From assembly GCA_017464285.1 (NCBI GenBank), contig JAFUDT010000013.1, forward strand, positions 21,577 through 85,576: a stretch of DNA of 64,000 nt, given 5' to 3'. Both the position numbers and the translations under genes were made by a program. Of the stretch, positions 47,085-57,070 are shown piece after piece. Origin of the DNA: Bacteroidales bacterium. GTDB lineage: Bacteria; Bacteroidota; Bacteroidia; Bacteroidales; UBA1402. How positions within the stretch are numbered: the stretch's first letter is position 1; every line of letters starts with the position of its first letter. Below the pieces are notes generated by a model. That model had not been told where the DNA came from and ran no database searches. It worked only from the letters and a program-made list of their open reading frames with translations.

Positions 47085-49307
47085 ATGACAGTCAGCGAAA
47101 TTAAGAATTTATACCAGAGAATACTTGGTCGGATCAGTCAAAACCGGCTATACGAGGCATTTTCCGATGTGACCTATCTCACGCAGCAGAACGGTTTCGG
47201 AGCCATCTACGACCAGCTCAGGGAATTGGAGACCAACTACCGTTACCTGGTGCAATACCGTCTGGACGGCTATCAGGACAAGGAACGCGACAAGGTGCTG
47301 CGCGACCTGAAGTGTCGCCTGATGAAGCTCGCCGATCTGGCCTGGAGGGAATGGCAGTCGGCCTTTTCGCCTCAGTGGTATTATTCCCAGAAACGCTACC
47401 GTGATATCAACGGGCAGGGCGGACGGGGGCTGGAACCGCTTTGGACGGGTCTTGTCCGTAGTCTCGACGATGAACGTATGCTGGGTCGGACAGCCGGCAA
47501 ACCGGGCGTTGCCGAGCGTCAGGAATCGCTTCGCCGTCAGCGGGAACAGCTCAGCGGTGAGCTCTTTCTCGAACTGCTTTTTTCCGATCCGTGGAGAGAG
47601 GAGGACTATACACAGGTCTCAGAACATTACGCCGCCCTGGAGGAAAGTACCCAGGCTTTGTGTGTCTCGGCACTGTTGCTGGCTTGCCAGCAGCTTTTTG
47701 ACGAATACAAGCTCCTGTTGCTGGCCGAACTCTGCGATTCGGCTTCGCCGCTTGTCTCCATGAGGGCCCTGACGGCTCTGATGCTGCTCATCGAGGTGCA
47801 TCAGGTGCGGATAGCCTGGTATCCTCATCTGACATCGCGTATCAGCCTGCTTTTCGACCGGCCTGAAATAAGAACGGCCGCTCAGGGCATTTTCGTCCAG
47901 CTGATCCGGGCCAAGGAGGCCGAGCAGGTGAGTCGGCGTATGCAGGAGGAATTCCTGCCCGAGATGAATAAATTGAGCTCCAGTATCCGGCAGAAACTGG
48001 ACGAAAACAAGGAACAGTCTCAGGAAGAACTCAAAAACGATCTGCAAGAGCTCTTCGAAGACGGATCCATGTCGGAGAAGATGATGGAGTTCTCCAAAAT
48101 GCAGACCGAGGGCGAGGATGTCTATCTGAGCACTTTCTCCTCTTTGAAATTCTATCCGTTCTTCAAGGAAATATACAATTGGTTTCTGCCTTTCGAGGCG
48201 CAGCATACCGTCATTGCCGCCATTTTCCGCGGCCAGCAGGCCCACCGGGGGCTGGATTTGCCCAAGGTGCTGACCAGGACGGATTTTCTCTGTGATTCCG
48301 ACAAGTATTCCTTCTGTCTGAACCTGGCGCAGGTGCCCGAACAGTACCGTGACCAGATGAGTGCCAATATGGGAGCCGACAGTGAGGCTTTCCAGGAGAT
48401 GATGCAGATGGAGCAGAATGGCAGCCGACGGCTCAAGGCCGAGACGCTGACGAATCTGTACATTCAGGATCTGTACCGTTTCTACAGGCTTTTCCCCAGC
48501 AAGCAGGATTTCGAGGATGTGTTTTCCCTGCCGCTGGATTTCTATGCCAATCCGCTGACGGCCGACTATTTCACCTCGGAGGAATGTCAGGGGAGAGTCG
48601 CCGCAATGTATTTGAAAAAGAACCATATAGCCAAGGCTGTCGTCCTGTACAGGCAATTGGTCGATCTGCATCCGGCCGACTTTGACCTCTTGCGCCGGAC
48701 GGCTTGGTGCTACCAGCAGATCCAGGATTACGAGTCGGCCGTAATGTATTACGAGCGAGCCGATCTGGTCCGTTCGGACAATCTGTGGGTCATCAGGCGT
48801 CTGGCAGCCTGCCTGCGTCAGACAGGACGCAACGAGCAGGCGCTGGAGTATTATCGCAAGGCGGCCGTCCTGAGTCCTGACAATCTGTCGCTGTGTCTGA
48901 ACCAAGGGCACTGCCTGACAGATCTGAAACGTTATTCGGATGCCTTGAACTGCTATTACAAGGCTGAATTCCTGTTTGCCGGCAGTCCGCGTATCTGGCG
49001 GCCGATAGCCTGGTGTCTGCTTTTGACGGGACGTTACGGTCAGGCTGAAAAATACTACGGCTATCTGCTGTCGGAAAGTTCTCCGACTATCGAGGACTTC
49101 ATGAATGCCGGACATCTGAACTGGCTCCAGGGACGTCTCCATCATGCCGTCGAGCTATATGCAGAGGGTATCCGCCGCACCAATACCCTGATGACAGAGT
49201 TCGTGGTGCTGCTCGAACAGGACCTGCCTTTGCTCGTGCAGCTGGGAGCCGATAAGCAGGATGCCCCCTTTGTATTTGACGGAGTAAGGTTTGAAATGGA
49301 AAAATAA
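47085..49307 (+). CDS. Conserved Bacteroidales tetratricopeptide-repeat protein
   Basis: G.DVY.STFS.LK.YPFF...NWFLPF, CDSDKYS, YIQDLYRF; C-terminal TPR helices (A..YY..A). Confidence 0.85.
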   Translation: MTVSEIKNLYQRILGRISQNRLYEAFSDVTYLTQQNGFGAIYDQLRELETNYRYLVQYRLDGYQDKERDKVLRDLKCRLMKLADLAWREWQSAFSPQWYYSQKRYRDINGQGGRGLEPLWTGLVRSLDDERMLGRTAGKPGVAERQESLRRQREQLSGELFLELLFSDPWREEDYTQVSEHYAALEESTQALCVSALLLACQQLFDEYKLLLLAELCDSASPLVSMRALTALMLLIEVHQVRIAWYPHLTSRISLLFDRPEIRTAAQGIFVQLIRAKEAEQVSRRMQEEFLPEMNKLSSSIRQKLDENKEQSQEELKNDLQELFEDGSMSEKMMEFSKMQTEGEDVYLSTFSSLKFYPFFKEIYNWFLPFEAQHTVIAAIFRGQQAHRGLDLPKVLTRTDFLCDSDKYSFCLNLAQVPEQYRDQMSANMGADSEAFQEMMQMEQNGSRRLKAETLTNLYIQDLYRFYRLFPSKQDFEDVFSLPLDFYANPLTADYFTSEECQGRVAAMYLKKNHIAKAVVLYRQLVDLHPADFDLLRRTAWCYQQIQDYESAVMYYERADLVRSDNLWVIRRLAACLRQTGRNEQALEYYRKAAVLSPDNLSLCLNQGHCLTDLKRYSDALNCYYKAEFLFAGSPRIWRPIAWCLLLTGRYGQAEKYYGYLLSESSPTIEDFMNAGHLNWLQGRLHHAVELYAEGIRRTNTLMTEFVVLLEQDLPLLVQLGADKQDAPFVFDGVRFEMEK

Positions 49308-49308
49308 C

Positions 49309-50178
49309 ATGAGTCCTTTGCGCCATATCCTGTTTGTCCTGACGCTGCTGTCCGCATGGGCCTGTCTGCGTGCCGAGCCGGTCACGGCTATATTCAATGC
49401 CCGCTGGATACGCCATGAATATCAGCCTTATCGTCTTAGCCGGCAGCTTTATACCGTTGAGGGCCTGGATACGGTCAGCATGGAGCGTCTGTCTGTTCTG
49501 GCCGACGTGACGGTCAAGGATTCCACCTCCCGGGGCTACCGGCTCTCGTGGCGCGTACACCATCTCGCAGTCGAGGCCGGACATTATCTCTCCCGGCAGT
49601 GGGCCGAGTCGATCGAGGGTTTTGAATTCGACTATCCGACATCCCCCCAGGGAGCTTTGCTGGAAAACGCTCTGCCGGCAAGGATCGATGCTCTGCTCAA
49701 TGCCGAGATAGACCGGTTCTTTGCCCATTATCAGGGACGTACCACCCTGGAATCCAGGGAGCGGCTTTACGCCGTACGCGACGCTCTGGCCGAATTCCTG
49801 CTTTCGGCCGTCGGGCAGTTTCATCAGGCCTATGGGCTGGGTTACGTTCTGGGCGAAGTCGTCCCCGTTCCCGTGCGTCTGCCCTATGGCGACAGCAAGC
49901 GACAGATCGATGCTGTCATCTACAAGAAACTGCAGGCCTGCGATGAAAACGTGGCTACGCTGGTGACATCGGCCGTGCCTGACACGGCTCAGGTGAACAG
50001 CCTGCTGCGCAGCAGCCTTGATTCCGGAACTCCCTTGCCTTCCTGGTGGCAGGAGGATCTGGGCAGCCTGGTGATGCACCTGGGCAGCGGCTGGGTATTG
50101 TATTCCAGCCGCAATCGGGAAGTCAGGGAGGGACGCTACCTGTATGGAGACTGTAACGAAATAACCATAATACAATAA
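49309..50178 (+). CDS. Hypothetical secreted protein
   Basis: Signal peptide MSPLRHILFVLTLLSAWACLRA; fills the space between the TPR gene and galM with 1-3 nt gaps. Confidence 0.7.
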   Translation: MSPLRHILFVLTLLSAWACLRAEPVTAIFNARWIRHEYQPYRLSRQLYTVEGLDTVSMERLSVLADVTVKDSTSRGYRLSWRVHHLAVEAGHYLSRQWAESIEGFEFDYPTSPQGALLENALPARIDALLNAEIDRFFAHYQGRTTLESRERLYAVRDALAEFLLSAVGQFHQAYGLGYVLGEVVPVPVRLPYGDSKRQIDAVIYKKLQACDENVATLVTSAVPDTAQVNSLLRSSLDSGTPLPSWWQEDLGSLVMHLGSGWVLYSSRNREVREGRYLYGDCNEITIIQ

Positions 50179-50181
50179 GCT

Positions 50182-51243
50182 ATGAGTCTGAAAATTGAAA
50201 AACTGCCTTTTGGCAAGATGCCGGATGGAGAGGACGTCCTGCTGTTGCGTTTGACCAATGAATGTGGAGCTGTTGCCCTGGTCACCACTTATGGGGCCAC
50301 CCTGGCCGGCGTGCTGGTACCCGATCGGGAAGGCCGGCTGGTTCAGGTCGTGAAGGGTTTCCCTTCGGTCGAAGGCTATCTGGCCGATCTGGAAATCGGC
50401 ACCTATCTGGGGGCCAGTTGCGGCCGCTATGCCAACCGTATCGCCAAGGGAACCTTTGTGCTTGACGGTGAGGAGTATCATCTGGCGACCAACAACGGTG
50501 AGAATCACCTCCATGGGGGCGACAGAGGTTTCAACACCAAGAACTGGCAATACGAGACCGATCAGGAAAGTGTCACTTTCCATTATTTTTCCAAGGACGG
50601 CGAAGAAGGCTATCCGGGCAATCTCAAGGTGAGTGTCCGTTACGGATGGTCGGCCACCAATGAGCTGAGTATCCATTACAGCGGTGTCTGCGACAAGGCT
50701 ACTCCGCTCAATATGACCAGCCACGCCTATTTCAATCTCTCTGGACAGGGAAATATTCTCGACCATGAAATGAAGATCCATGCCAGTCGCTATATCCCGA
50801 TTCATCCGGATGCCATACCCACTGGAGAAATCCGCTTTGTCAAAGGTACGCCTTTTGATTTCGGGCGCTTCAAGAAAATCGGACGTGATATCGGCAAAAA
50901 GGAGGAGCAGCTTCTCAACGGCTGCGGCTACGATCATTGCTTTGTCATTGACAAGCAGGAGGCCGGCGACCTGGCCCTGGCCGTGGAAGCCAGATCTTCT
51001 CAGACGGGTTGCACCCTGACTGTGTGGACTACCTTGCCCGGCGTGCAATTCTACAGCGGCAACTATCTGCGTAGCGACGTCCCCTCCTGCGACGGCAAGC
51101 CGCTGGGCTATCGCGAGGCTTTCTGTCTGGAACCGGAGTTCTTCCCCGACAGCCCCAACCAGAGTATTTTCCCAAGCTGCATCCTGCCTGCCGGCGAGGA
51201 ATTCGACCAGACCATCATTTATCAGTTCGGACTGGAAGAGTAG
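50182..51243 (+). CDS. galM: Aldose 1-epimerase (galactose mutarotase)
   Basis: GRYANRI, NHLHGG, EGYPGN, TSHAYFNL, GYDH, QFYSGN, FCLEP. Confidence 0.95.
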   Translation: MSLKIEKLPFGKMPDGEDVLLLRLTNECGAVALVTTYGATLAGVLVPDREGRLVQVVKGFPSVEGYLADLEIGTYLGASCGRYANRIAKGTFVLDGEEYHLATNNGENHLHGGDRGFNTKNWQYETDQESVTFHYFSKDGEEGYPGNLKVSVRYGWSATNELSIHYSGVCDKATPLNMTSHAYFNLSGQGNILDHEMKIHASRYIPIHPDAIPTGEIRFVKGTPFDFGRFKKIGRDIGKKEEQLLNGCGYDHCFVIDKQEAGDLALAVEARSSQTGCTLTVWTTLPGVQFYSGNYLRSDVPSCDGKPLGYREAFCLEPEFFPDSPNQSIFPSCILPAGEEFDQTIIYQFGLEE

Positions 51244-53367
51244 TCAGAGTCCTTTCAGGGAAAGCTGGATACGCCTGCGCTCCAGGTCGATGCCGATGAC
51301 CTTGACCCGGAGTTGCTGGTGTATGCTGACAATGTCCTGGGGAGAGCGGACAAAACGGTCGGCCATCTGGGAAACATGCAACAGTCCGTTTTCCTTGATG
51401 CCGATATCGACAAACGCCCCGAAATTGGTGATATTGGTTACAATACCGGGCAGTACCATGCCTTCTCTCAGGTCGGTTATCTGACGAATGTCAGGATCGA
51501 AGGAGAAGACTTCGGCCTGGCGTCGTGGATCCCGACCGGGTTTGGCGAGTTCCTGCAGTATGTCGGTCAGTGTCGGCAGACCGATGTCGTCGCTGACATA
51601 ACGTTTCAAATCGATTTTTTCCCTGATAGCTGCCTGACCGATGAGGTCTTCGACGCTGCAGCCCAGATCTTCGGCCATCCGACCGACCAGGGCGTAGCGC
51701 TCCGGGTGGACGGCTGTATTGTCGAGCGGGTTGTCACCGTCGGTGATGCGAAGGAAACCGGCCGCCTGTTCAAAGGTCTTGTCGCCGATGTGCGGCACCT
51801 GTCTGAGTTCTTCCCGGCTGGCGAAGGCTCCATGCTCGTCTCGCCAGCTGACGATGTTGCGGGCAGTCTGTGTGTTTAGCCCTGATACATAGGTGAGAAG
51901 ATAACGGCTGGCGGTGTTCAGATTGACCCCGACGGCGTTGACGCAGCTGATGACAGTCTCTTCGAGGGCTTTCTTGAGTTTGTCCTGATCCACGTCGTGC
52001 TGATATTGTCCCACACCGATGGACTTGGGCTCTATCTTGACCAGTTCGGCCAGCGGATCTCCCAGGCGGCGGGCAATGGAGACGGCACCGCGGACGGTCA
52101 CGTCGTAGTCGGGGAACTCCTCCCGGGCCACAGCCGAAGCGGAATAGACCGAAGCTCCGTTTTCACTGACCACGAAGACCTGCACTTTCCGGTCGAAGCG
52201 TATGTTCTGGATAAGGCGCTCCGTCTCGCGTGATGCGGTACCGTTGCCGATGGCAATGGCCTGTATGTCGTAGCTTTCTACCATGTGGGCGATTTTGCGC
52301 TCTGCAAGTGTGCGCTGATTCTGGGGTGGATGGGGATAGATGGCCTCGTTGTGCAGGAGTTTGCCCTGGGCGTCCAGACAGACCACCTTGCAGCCGGTAC
52401 GATAGCCTGGATCGATGCCCATAATGCGCTTCTGTCCCAGCGGCGCTCCCATGAGCAGCTGCCGCAAGTTGTCGGAAAACACCCTGATGGCCTGGTCATC
52501 GGCTTTTTCTTTGGCCAGGTTGCCAAACTCGGTCTCGATGGCAGGACTGAGCAAGCGTTTATAGCTGTCACGGACAGCGGCTCGGACCACTTGAGCGCTC
52601 TCGCTGTTGCCGCGGACGAAACAGGATTCCAGCTCTTCCTGACATTTATCGTTGTCGGGACTGATGCTCAGTCGCAGCAACCCCAGGTCGAGGCCTCTGG
52701 ACATGGCCAGAAACCGGTGGGAGGAGCAGTGGTGCAGGGGCTCGGAAAAGTCGAAGTAGTCGCGGAAGTTTTCGGCCTGCTCTTCTTTGCCTTTGACAAC
52801 TTTAGAGCGGATGACAGCTTCTTTGCGGTAGTGCCGTCGGACGATGCGACGGGCTCTCTCGTCTTCGCTGATCCATTCGGCAATGATGTCCGAGGCTCCC
52901 GCAAGAGCCTCTTCCTCAGCTGACACCTGCTCGTTGAGATAGTTGCGGCTGAGGGTCTGCAGGCTGCCCTCATGCTGGGACATGATGATCCTGGCCAGAG
53001 GTTCCAGTCCCTTTTCACGGGCCATTGCAGCCCTGGTACGGCGTTTGGGCCGGTAGGGCAGGTAGATATCCTCCAGCTGGGTCATGCTACTGGCTTCTTC
53101 TATGCGACGGCGCAAGTCCTCGCTGAGTTTGCCGGTCTCGCGCAGGCTGTTGAGAATACTCTCACGGCGTTTGTCCAGTTCACGGCATTTGTCCAGCAAA
53201 CCGGCGATGGTGGCAATCTGTACTTCGTCCAGTCCGCCGGTGCGTTCCTTGCGGTAGCGGCTGATAAAGGGGATGGTCGCTCCCTGGTCGAGCAATTCGA
53301 TGGTATTGCCGACGGCCCGGGGGCTCAGAACCATCTCGCGGGCGATGGTCTCGTTATATTGGTTCAT
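51244..53367 (-). CDS. tex: Tex family RNA-binding transcriptional accessory protein
   Basis: TIPFISRYRKE, GIDPGYRTGCK, GNGTASRET, GVGQYQHDV, C-terminal S1 domain. Confidence 0.95.
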   Translation of the reverse strand: MNQYNETIAREMVLSPRAVGNTIELLDQGATIPFISRYRKERTGGLDEVQIATIAGLLDKCRELDKRRESILNSLRETGKLSEDLRRRIEEASSMTQLEDIYLPYRPKRRTRAAMAREKGLEPLARIIMSQHEGSLQTLSRNYLNEQVSAEEEALAGASDIIAEWISEDERARRIVRRHYRKEAVIRSKVVKGKEEQAENFRDYFDFSEPLHHCSSHRFLAMSRGLDLGLLRLSISPDNDKCQEELESCFVRGNSESAQVVRAAVRDSYKRLLSPAIETEFGNLAKEKADDQAIRVFSDNLRQLLMGAPLGQKRIMGIDPGYRTGCKVVCLDAQGKLLHNEAIYPHPPQNQRTLAERKIAHMVESYDIQAIAIGNGTASRETERLIQNIRFDRKVQVFVVSENGASVYSASAVAREEFPDYDVTVRGAVSIARRLGDPLAELVKIEPKSIGVGQYQHDVDQDKLKKALEETVISCVNAVGVNLNTASRYLLTYVSGLNTQTARNIVSWRDEHGAFASREELRQVPHIGDKTFEQAAGFLRITDGDNPLDNTAVHPERYALVGRMAEDLGCSVEDLIGQAAIREKIDLKRYVSDDIGLPTLTDILQELAKPGRDPRRQAEVFSFDPDIRQITDLREGMVLPGIVTNITNFGAFVDIGIKENGLLHVSQMADRFVRSPQDIVSIHQQLRVKVIGIDLERRRIQLSLKGL

Positions 53368-53382
53368 AGCTGGGACAGGATT

Positions 53383-54702
53383 TTATGATAAATGTTTTTT
53401 GGCCAGATGTACGACATAGAAGCAGGGCAGTGTGCAGAGCATGATCCAAAGGAAAAAGACGGTATAGCCGCCCAGGCTCTGGGCAAAAATCTCTTGGAAC
53501 CATTCCTGCAGGCGGCCGGCGAACATGCCGGGAATCATCATGCCCAGGGCCATGACCGCCGTACAGATGGCGTAGTGCGCTGTTTTGAACTCTCCTTGAC
53601 AGAAATGAAGCAGATAAGCTGTATAGGCGGTAAAACCGTAGCCGTAGCCCAACTGTTCAAGCGCGATGCCAGCATAGACAGCCGGCAGTTGTCCGGGCTG
53701 GGCCCAGGCCAGCCAGACATAGACCAGATTGGGCAGGCAGAGAGCCAGTGCCATGGGCATCAGGCTTTTTTTCAGCCCGCGTCGGGAAATGACGATACCC
53801 CCCAGGATACCGCCCACTACCAGTGCCAGCACCCCGATAGTGCCGTAGGCGAAGCCCACCGTGCCGGTTTCCAGTCCCAGTCCGCCTTGCCCGAGAGGAT
53901 CGAGCAGGAAGGGTGAGCTGAGTTTGACGAGCTGTGCTTCGGAAAAACGGTAGAGCAACATGAAGGCCAGGGCCGTGCCGATGTGTTTTTTCTGGAAAAA
54001 CAGCCGGAAGGTCATGCCGAAATTGCTGATGATTTCACGGCCGTTGAGAGAGTTGTGCTGTCGGTCGCTTTCAGGGCGGGGCAGGGCAAACAAGTGCCAT
54101 AGCCCCAGGATGATGAACAGCACAGCCATGATCAGGAATGTCAAGGCCCAGGCAAAGGGAATCTGCTGCAACCCCCAGGGGTTGGAGACGGCATTCTCAA
54201 ATTTGCCGGCCAGCATCACCAACAGGCCTTGGCCGCAGATCATGGCCACCCGGTAGAAGGTGTTGCGGATGCCGATGAAAAACTGCTGCCGGGACGGCTC
54301 CAGACCGTGCATATAGAAACCGTCGGCGGCAATGTCGTGGGTGGCTGAGCTGAAGGCCATGATCCAGAAAAAGGCCATGCTCCACTGCAGATAGTGGGGG
54401 CCGGGCAGCGTGAAGGCCACTCCGCCCAGCAGGGCACCGATGAGCAGCTGCATGGTCACTATCCACCAGCGTTTGCTCTTGAACAGGTCGATGAAGGGAC
54501 TCCAGACGAATTTCAGTGTCCAGGGCAAGTAAAGCCAGCTGGTGTAGAAGGCTATCTGCGCATTGGACAGCCCCAGTCGTTTGTAGAGGATGACGGAGAC
54601 GGTCATGACCACGACATAGGGCAGACCTTCTGCAAAGTACAGGCTGGGCACCCATGCCCAGGCATGGTCTTTGGCGCGTGGAGTTGAAGAGGACAGGTCC
54701 AT
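53383..54702 (-). CDS. ampG: AmpG-like MFS permease (muropeptide transporter family)
   Basis: LYFAEGLP, LPWTLKFVWSPFID, SATHDIAADG, about 12 TM. Confidence 0.8.
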   Translation of the reverse strand: MDLSSSTPRAKDHAWAWVPSLYFAEGLPYVVVMTVSVILYKRLGLSNAQIAFYTSWLYLPWTLKFVWSPFIDLFKSKRWWIVTMQLLIGALLGGVAFTLPGPHYLQWSMAFFWIMAFSSATHDIAADGFYMHGLEPSRQQFFIGIRNTFYRVAMICGQGLLVMLAGKFENAVSNPWGLQQIPFAWALTFLIMAVLFIILGLWHLFALPRPESDRQHNSLNGREIISNFGMTFRLFFQKKHIGTALAFMLLYRFSEAQLVKLSSPFLLDPLGQGGLGLETGTVGFAYGTIGVLALVVGGILGGIVISRRGLKKSLMPMALALCLPNLVYVWLAWAQPGQLPAVYAGIALEQLGYGYGFTAYTAYLLHFCQGEFKTAHYAICTAVMALGMMIPGMFAGRLQEWFQEIFAQSLGGYTVFFLWIMLCTLPCFYVVHLAKKHLS

Positions 54703-54711
54703 GGAAAATGT

Positions 54712-56100
54712 TCAGTAAAGTCGGGTAATGGAGGTATTGGGGTAGTAGTGTGAGAGAATATCCCGGTGGCTGCAGCCCTGACTGCTCATGACGGCGGCAC
54801 CGATCTGGCACAGGCCTGAGCCGTGTCCCCAGCCTGCGCCGTGCAGGATGAAGTATTCAGGAGCGCCGTCTTCTAAGCGACGGCCTTCGGTATCGACCAC
54901 GAAAGCCGAGCTGTAGAGATGGGTTCTTGAAAGGAATTTCCTGATTTCAAGTTCCTTGCCGACAATCATGCGCTGTCTGCTGCCGACTATCCTGAGACGG
55001 ATGATCCGTCCCGAAGGGCCGCGCTGGACAGGCTCCAGGGCGATGATCCGCCCAAAATCGATACCTGAGCGGCTGCGGACAATGTCGGAGAGCTCTTCGG
55101 CGGGATAGCGCACAGTCCAGCGATAGAAATGCTGTGTCTCCCGGTCGTAGTCGTTCAACACGAGCGACAGTATCTTCTGGTCGTCTGTACGGCAGTAGGC
55201 CGGCGGATTGCCGAGAATGAAGGAGCGGGCCGCCTGCTCCTGACTGTAGTCTTCGTTGGTGCCGGTCCCGCCGGGCAGATCCCTGACGGGACGCAGATAG
55301 GGTTTGGGTTGCGGGGCCCAGCAGTTTTCGAAACTTTCGGTCATGCCGCCGCAGCATTTGTAAAACCGGGCGTCGCAGATTTCCTCCCCGCAACTCAGGA
55401 TTTGTCCGCGGGTGGCTTGCAGTGCAGCCTTGACCTGCGGGGTACCGCTGTGGGCAATGCCCTGGTAGCGCTGACAGTGATCATCGGCGCAGACATCAAA
55501 CAGCCGGTGGGCATCCCGTTCGTACCATCTGAGATGTTCCTTTTCACCTTGTTCGTCGATCCGTTCTATGGGGTAGGCAGCCCCTGGCTTGGGTGCTTCC
55601 GTGGCGGCAGTCCCCCCTTGGAGCTGGGCCAGCAGCCAGCTCCGGGAAATAATGGCATGGGCCTTGAGCAGCTCCTCTGGAGCTGAGGCTTTCATTTCAG
55701 AGGCGATGACACTGTAGAGATAGGCCTCCAGTCCGATGAGGTTGACGGCAATGGTCTGGCCCTTGCCGTCACAACGAAGACAGAGAGCCCCTTCGAATTC
55801 CTGCCTTTGCAGCCTCTCCCAGTGGAATTGCAATCCGATGCGTACCCGTTCCAGCCAGAAATGCTCCTGTCCTGTCGGCTGGAGCACACTGTCAGGTGGT
55901 AGGACCAGCTCTTTTTCCCGGCCGTCTGGGCTGATGAGCAGTCTGCCGTCGGCCAGGACGCCGGTTGAGTAACGGCCTGCCGGCAGCACCATGGCGGTGC
56001 CTCTGACGAGATAATCTCCTGACAGCGAAAAGACGATGCGTGCCGCTGTCTGAATGCCGACTGAAATGACGGGCTCTTCCTGTAGATCGCTTATCTTCAT
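54712..56100 (-). CDS. SpoIID/LytB domain protein (lytic transglycosylase-like)
   Basis: LEAYLYSVIASEM, LKAHAIISRS, VCADDHCQRYQG, GAGWGHGSGLCQIGA, ILSHYYP. Confidence 0.9.
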   Translation of the reverse strand: MKISDLQEEPVISVGIQTAARIVFSLSGDYLVRGTAMVLPAGRYSTGVLADGRLLISPDGREKELVLPPDSVLQPTGQEHFWLERVRIGLQFHWERLQRQEFEGALCLRCDGKGQTIAVNLIGLEAYLYSVIASEMKASAPEELLKAHAIISRSWLLAQLQGGTAATEAPKPGAAYPIERIDEQGEKEHLRWYERDAHRLFDVCADDHCQRYQGIAHSGTPQVKAALQATRGQILSCGEEICDARFYKCCGGMTESFENCWAPQPKPYLRPVRDLPGGTGTNEDYSQEQAARSFILGNPPAYCRTDDQKILSLVLNDYDRETQHFYRWTVRYPAEELSDIVRSRSGIDFGRIIALEPVQRGPSGRIIRLRIVGSRQRMIVGKELEIRKFLSRTHLYSSAFVVDTEGRRLEDGAPEYFILHGAGWGHGSGLCQIGAAVMSSQGCSHRDILSHYYPNTSITRLY

Positions 56101-56107
56101 GATCTTG

Positions 56108-57070
56108 TTATTGCATAAGCCCTCTCAGCTTGAGCGAGATAGCCTCAATGTCCTTTTCACTGAGACAGACCTCGGTGTAGATCCGGGCCAGTTCTTCCGG
56201 GCTGATCTGCTCGTAATCGCTGTTGCGTGGAAAAATGTAGTAACCGCTCATCTCAACCGAAGCCGGGGAAGTAATGCGTTGCTGTGCTCCCTGGGCATAG
56301 AAACAGGAGGGTCTGTGTTGCCGGCGTGGGAAAAGCAGTGCTGCAAACCCCTCTTGTTCCCTATCGTACCAGACCAGCAGGTTGACCAGGCTGTCGGGAG
56401 AGTCCTCGCCGACCTGCTGCCCGAACAGTCCGATCAGAGAACGTATCTGCCGGACGGCTGCTGCACCTGTCGAGCTCTCAATAAGCCAGCCTGTGCGCAA
56501 CATGTCTTTCAATACGTACACCCGACTTTCGACTGTCTGCAAGAGCAGTCTGGAGCCTTGATCTTTCCAGGCGGGGTAGTCGCTTTGCAGGGGCATGAAA
56601 CCTTTGCTGCCGGCTTGGAAATGCTGGTGGTCAGGAGCGGAGGCTCCACAGCGGCCGCCATTGTAGAAAACGACCAGGTCGTCCATTTCGCGGGCCAGTG
56701 AAAACATCAGGTCCAGCTCCGACAACAGAGCCTGCGGACGGTGACAGACAGCGGGAATGGTGTAGTGCTGCGGAAATACGGGAAAGGGATTGACCAGCAG
56801 GTGGAAGTCTTCGGTGCCAGGCAGCGGCAGGGCCTGCTGCTCAGGGGGCAGACGGTGGGAGCAGAGAAAACAGGGGCGATCGACCTCACCTTTGGCCGTA
56901 ATCCTGGCCGATGAGGACCCGATGCGGGCCGGCAGACAGATGAGGCGGATGCGGCAGTGACTGCCGAACCACATATCCCGGAACTGCGCCTGCCTCTGGG
57001 ATTCGTAATTTTGGCGGGCCAGTGGCCAGACGGCCAGCTGACGTTCGAAAAAGGGCCGGTGGCTTGTCAT
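56108..57070 (-). CDS. DUF4922 protein, HIT-superfamily HxHxQ phosphorylase/nucleotidyltransferase-like
   Basis: [44 protein letters not shown]. Confidence 0.8.
   Translation of the reverse strand: MTSHRPFFERQLAVWPLARQNYESQRQAQFRDMWFGSHCRIRLICLPARIGSSSARITAKGEVDRPCFLCSHRLPPEQQALPLPGTEDFHLLVNPFPVFPQHYTIPAVCHRPQALLSELDLMFSLAREMDDLVVFYNGGRCGASAPDHQHFQAGSKGFMPLQSDYPAWKDQGSRLLLQTVESRVYVLKDMLRTGWLIESSTGAAAVRQIRSLIGLFGQQVGEDSPDSLVNLLVWYDREQEGFAALLFPRRQHRPSCFYAQGAQQRITSPASVEMSGYYIFPRNSDYEQISPEELARIYTEVCLSEKDIEAISLKLRGLMQ

Noticed and set aside
45185-47104. 639-aa ORF antisense to lepA, and similar long antisense ORFs over fprA, wecB, gap, ilvB, galM and the nitrilase gene
   Set aside because: Shadow ORFs opposite well-conserved genes, expected from GC-rich codon usage; no recognisable motifs or starts.
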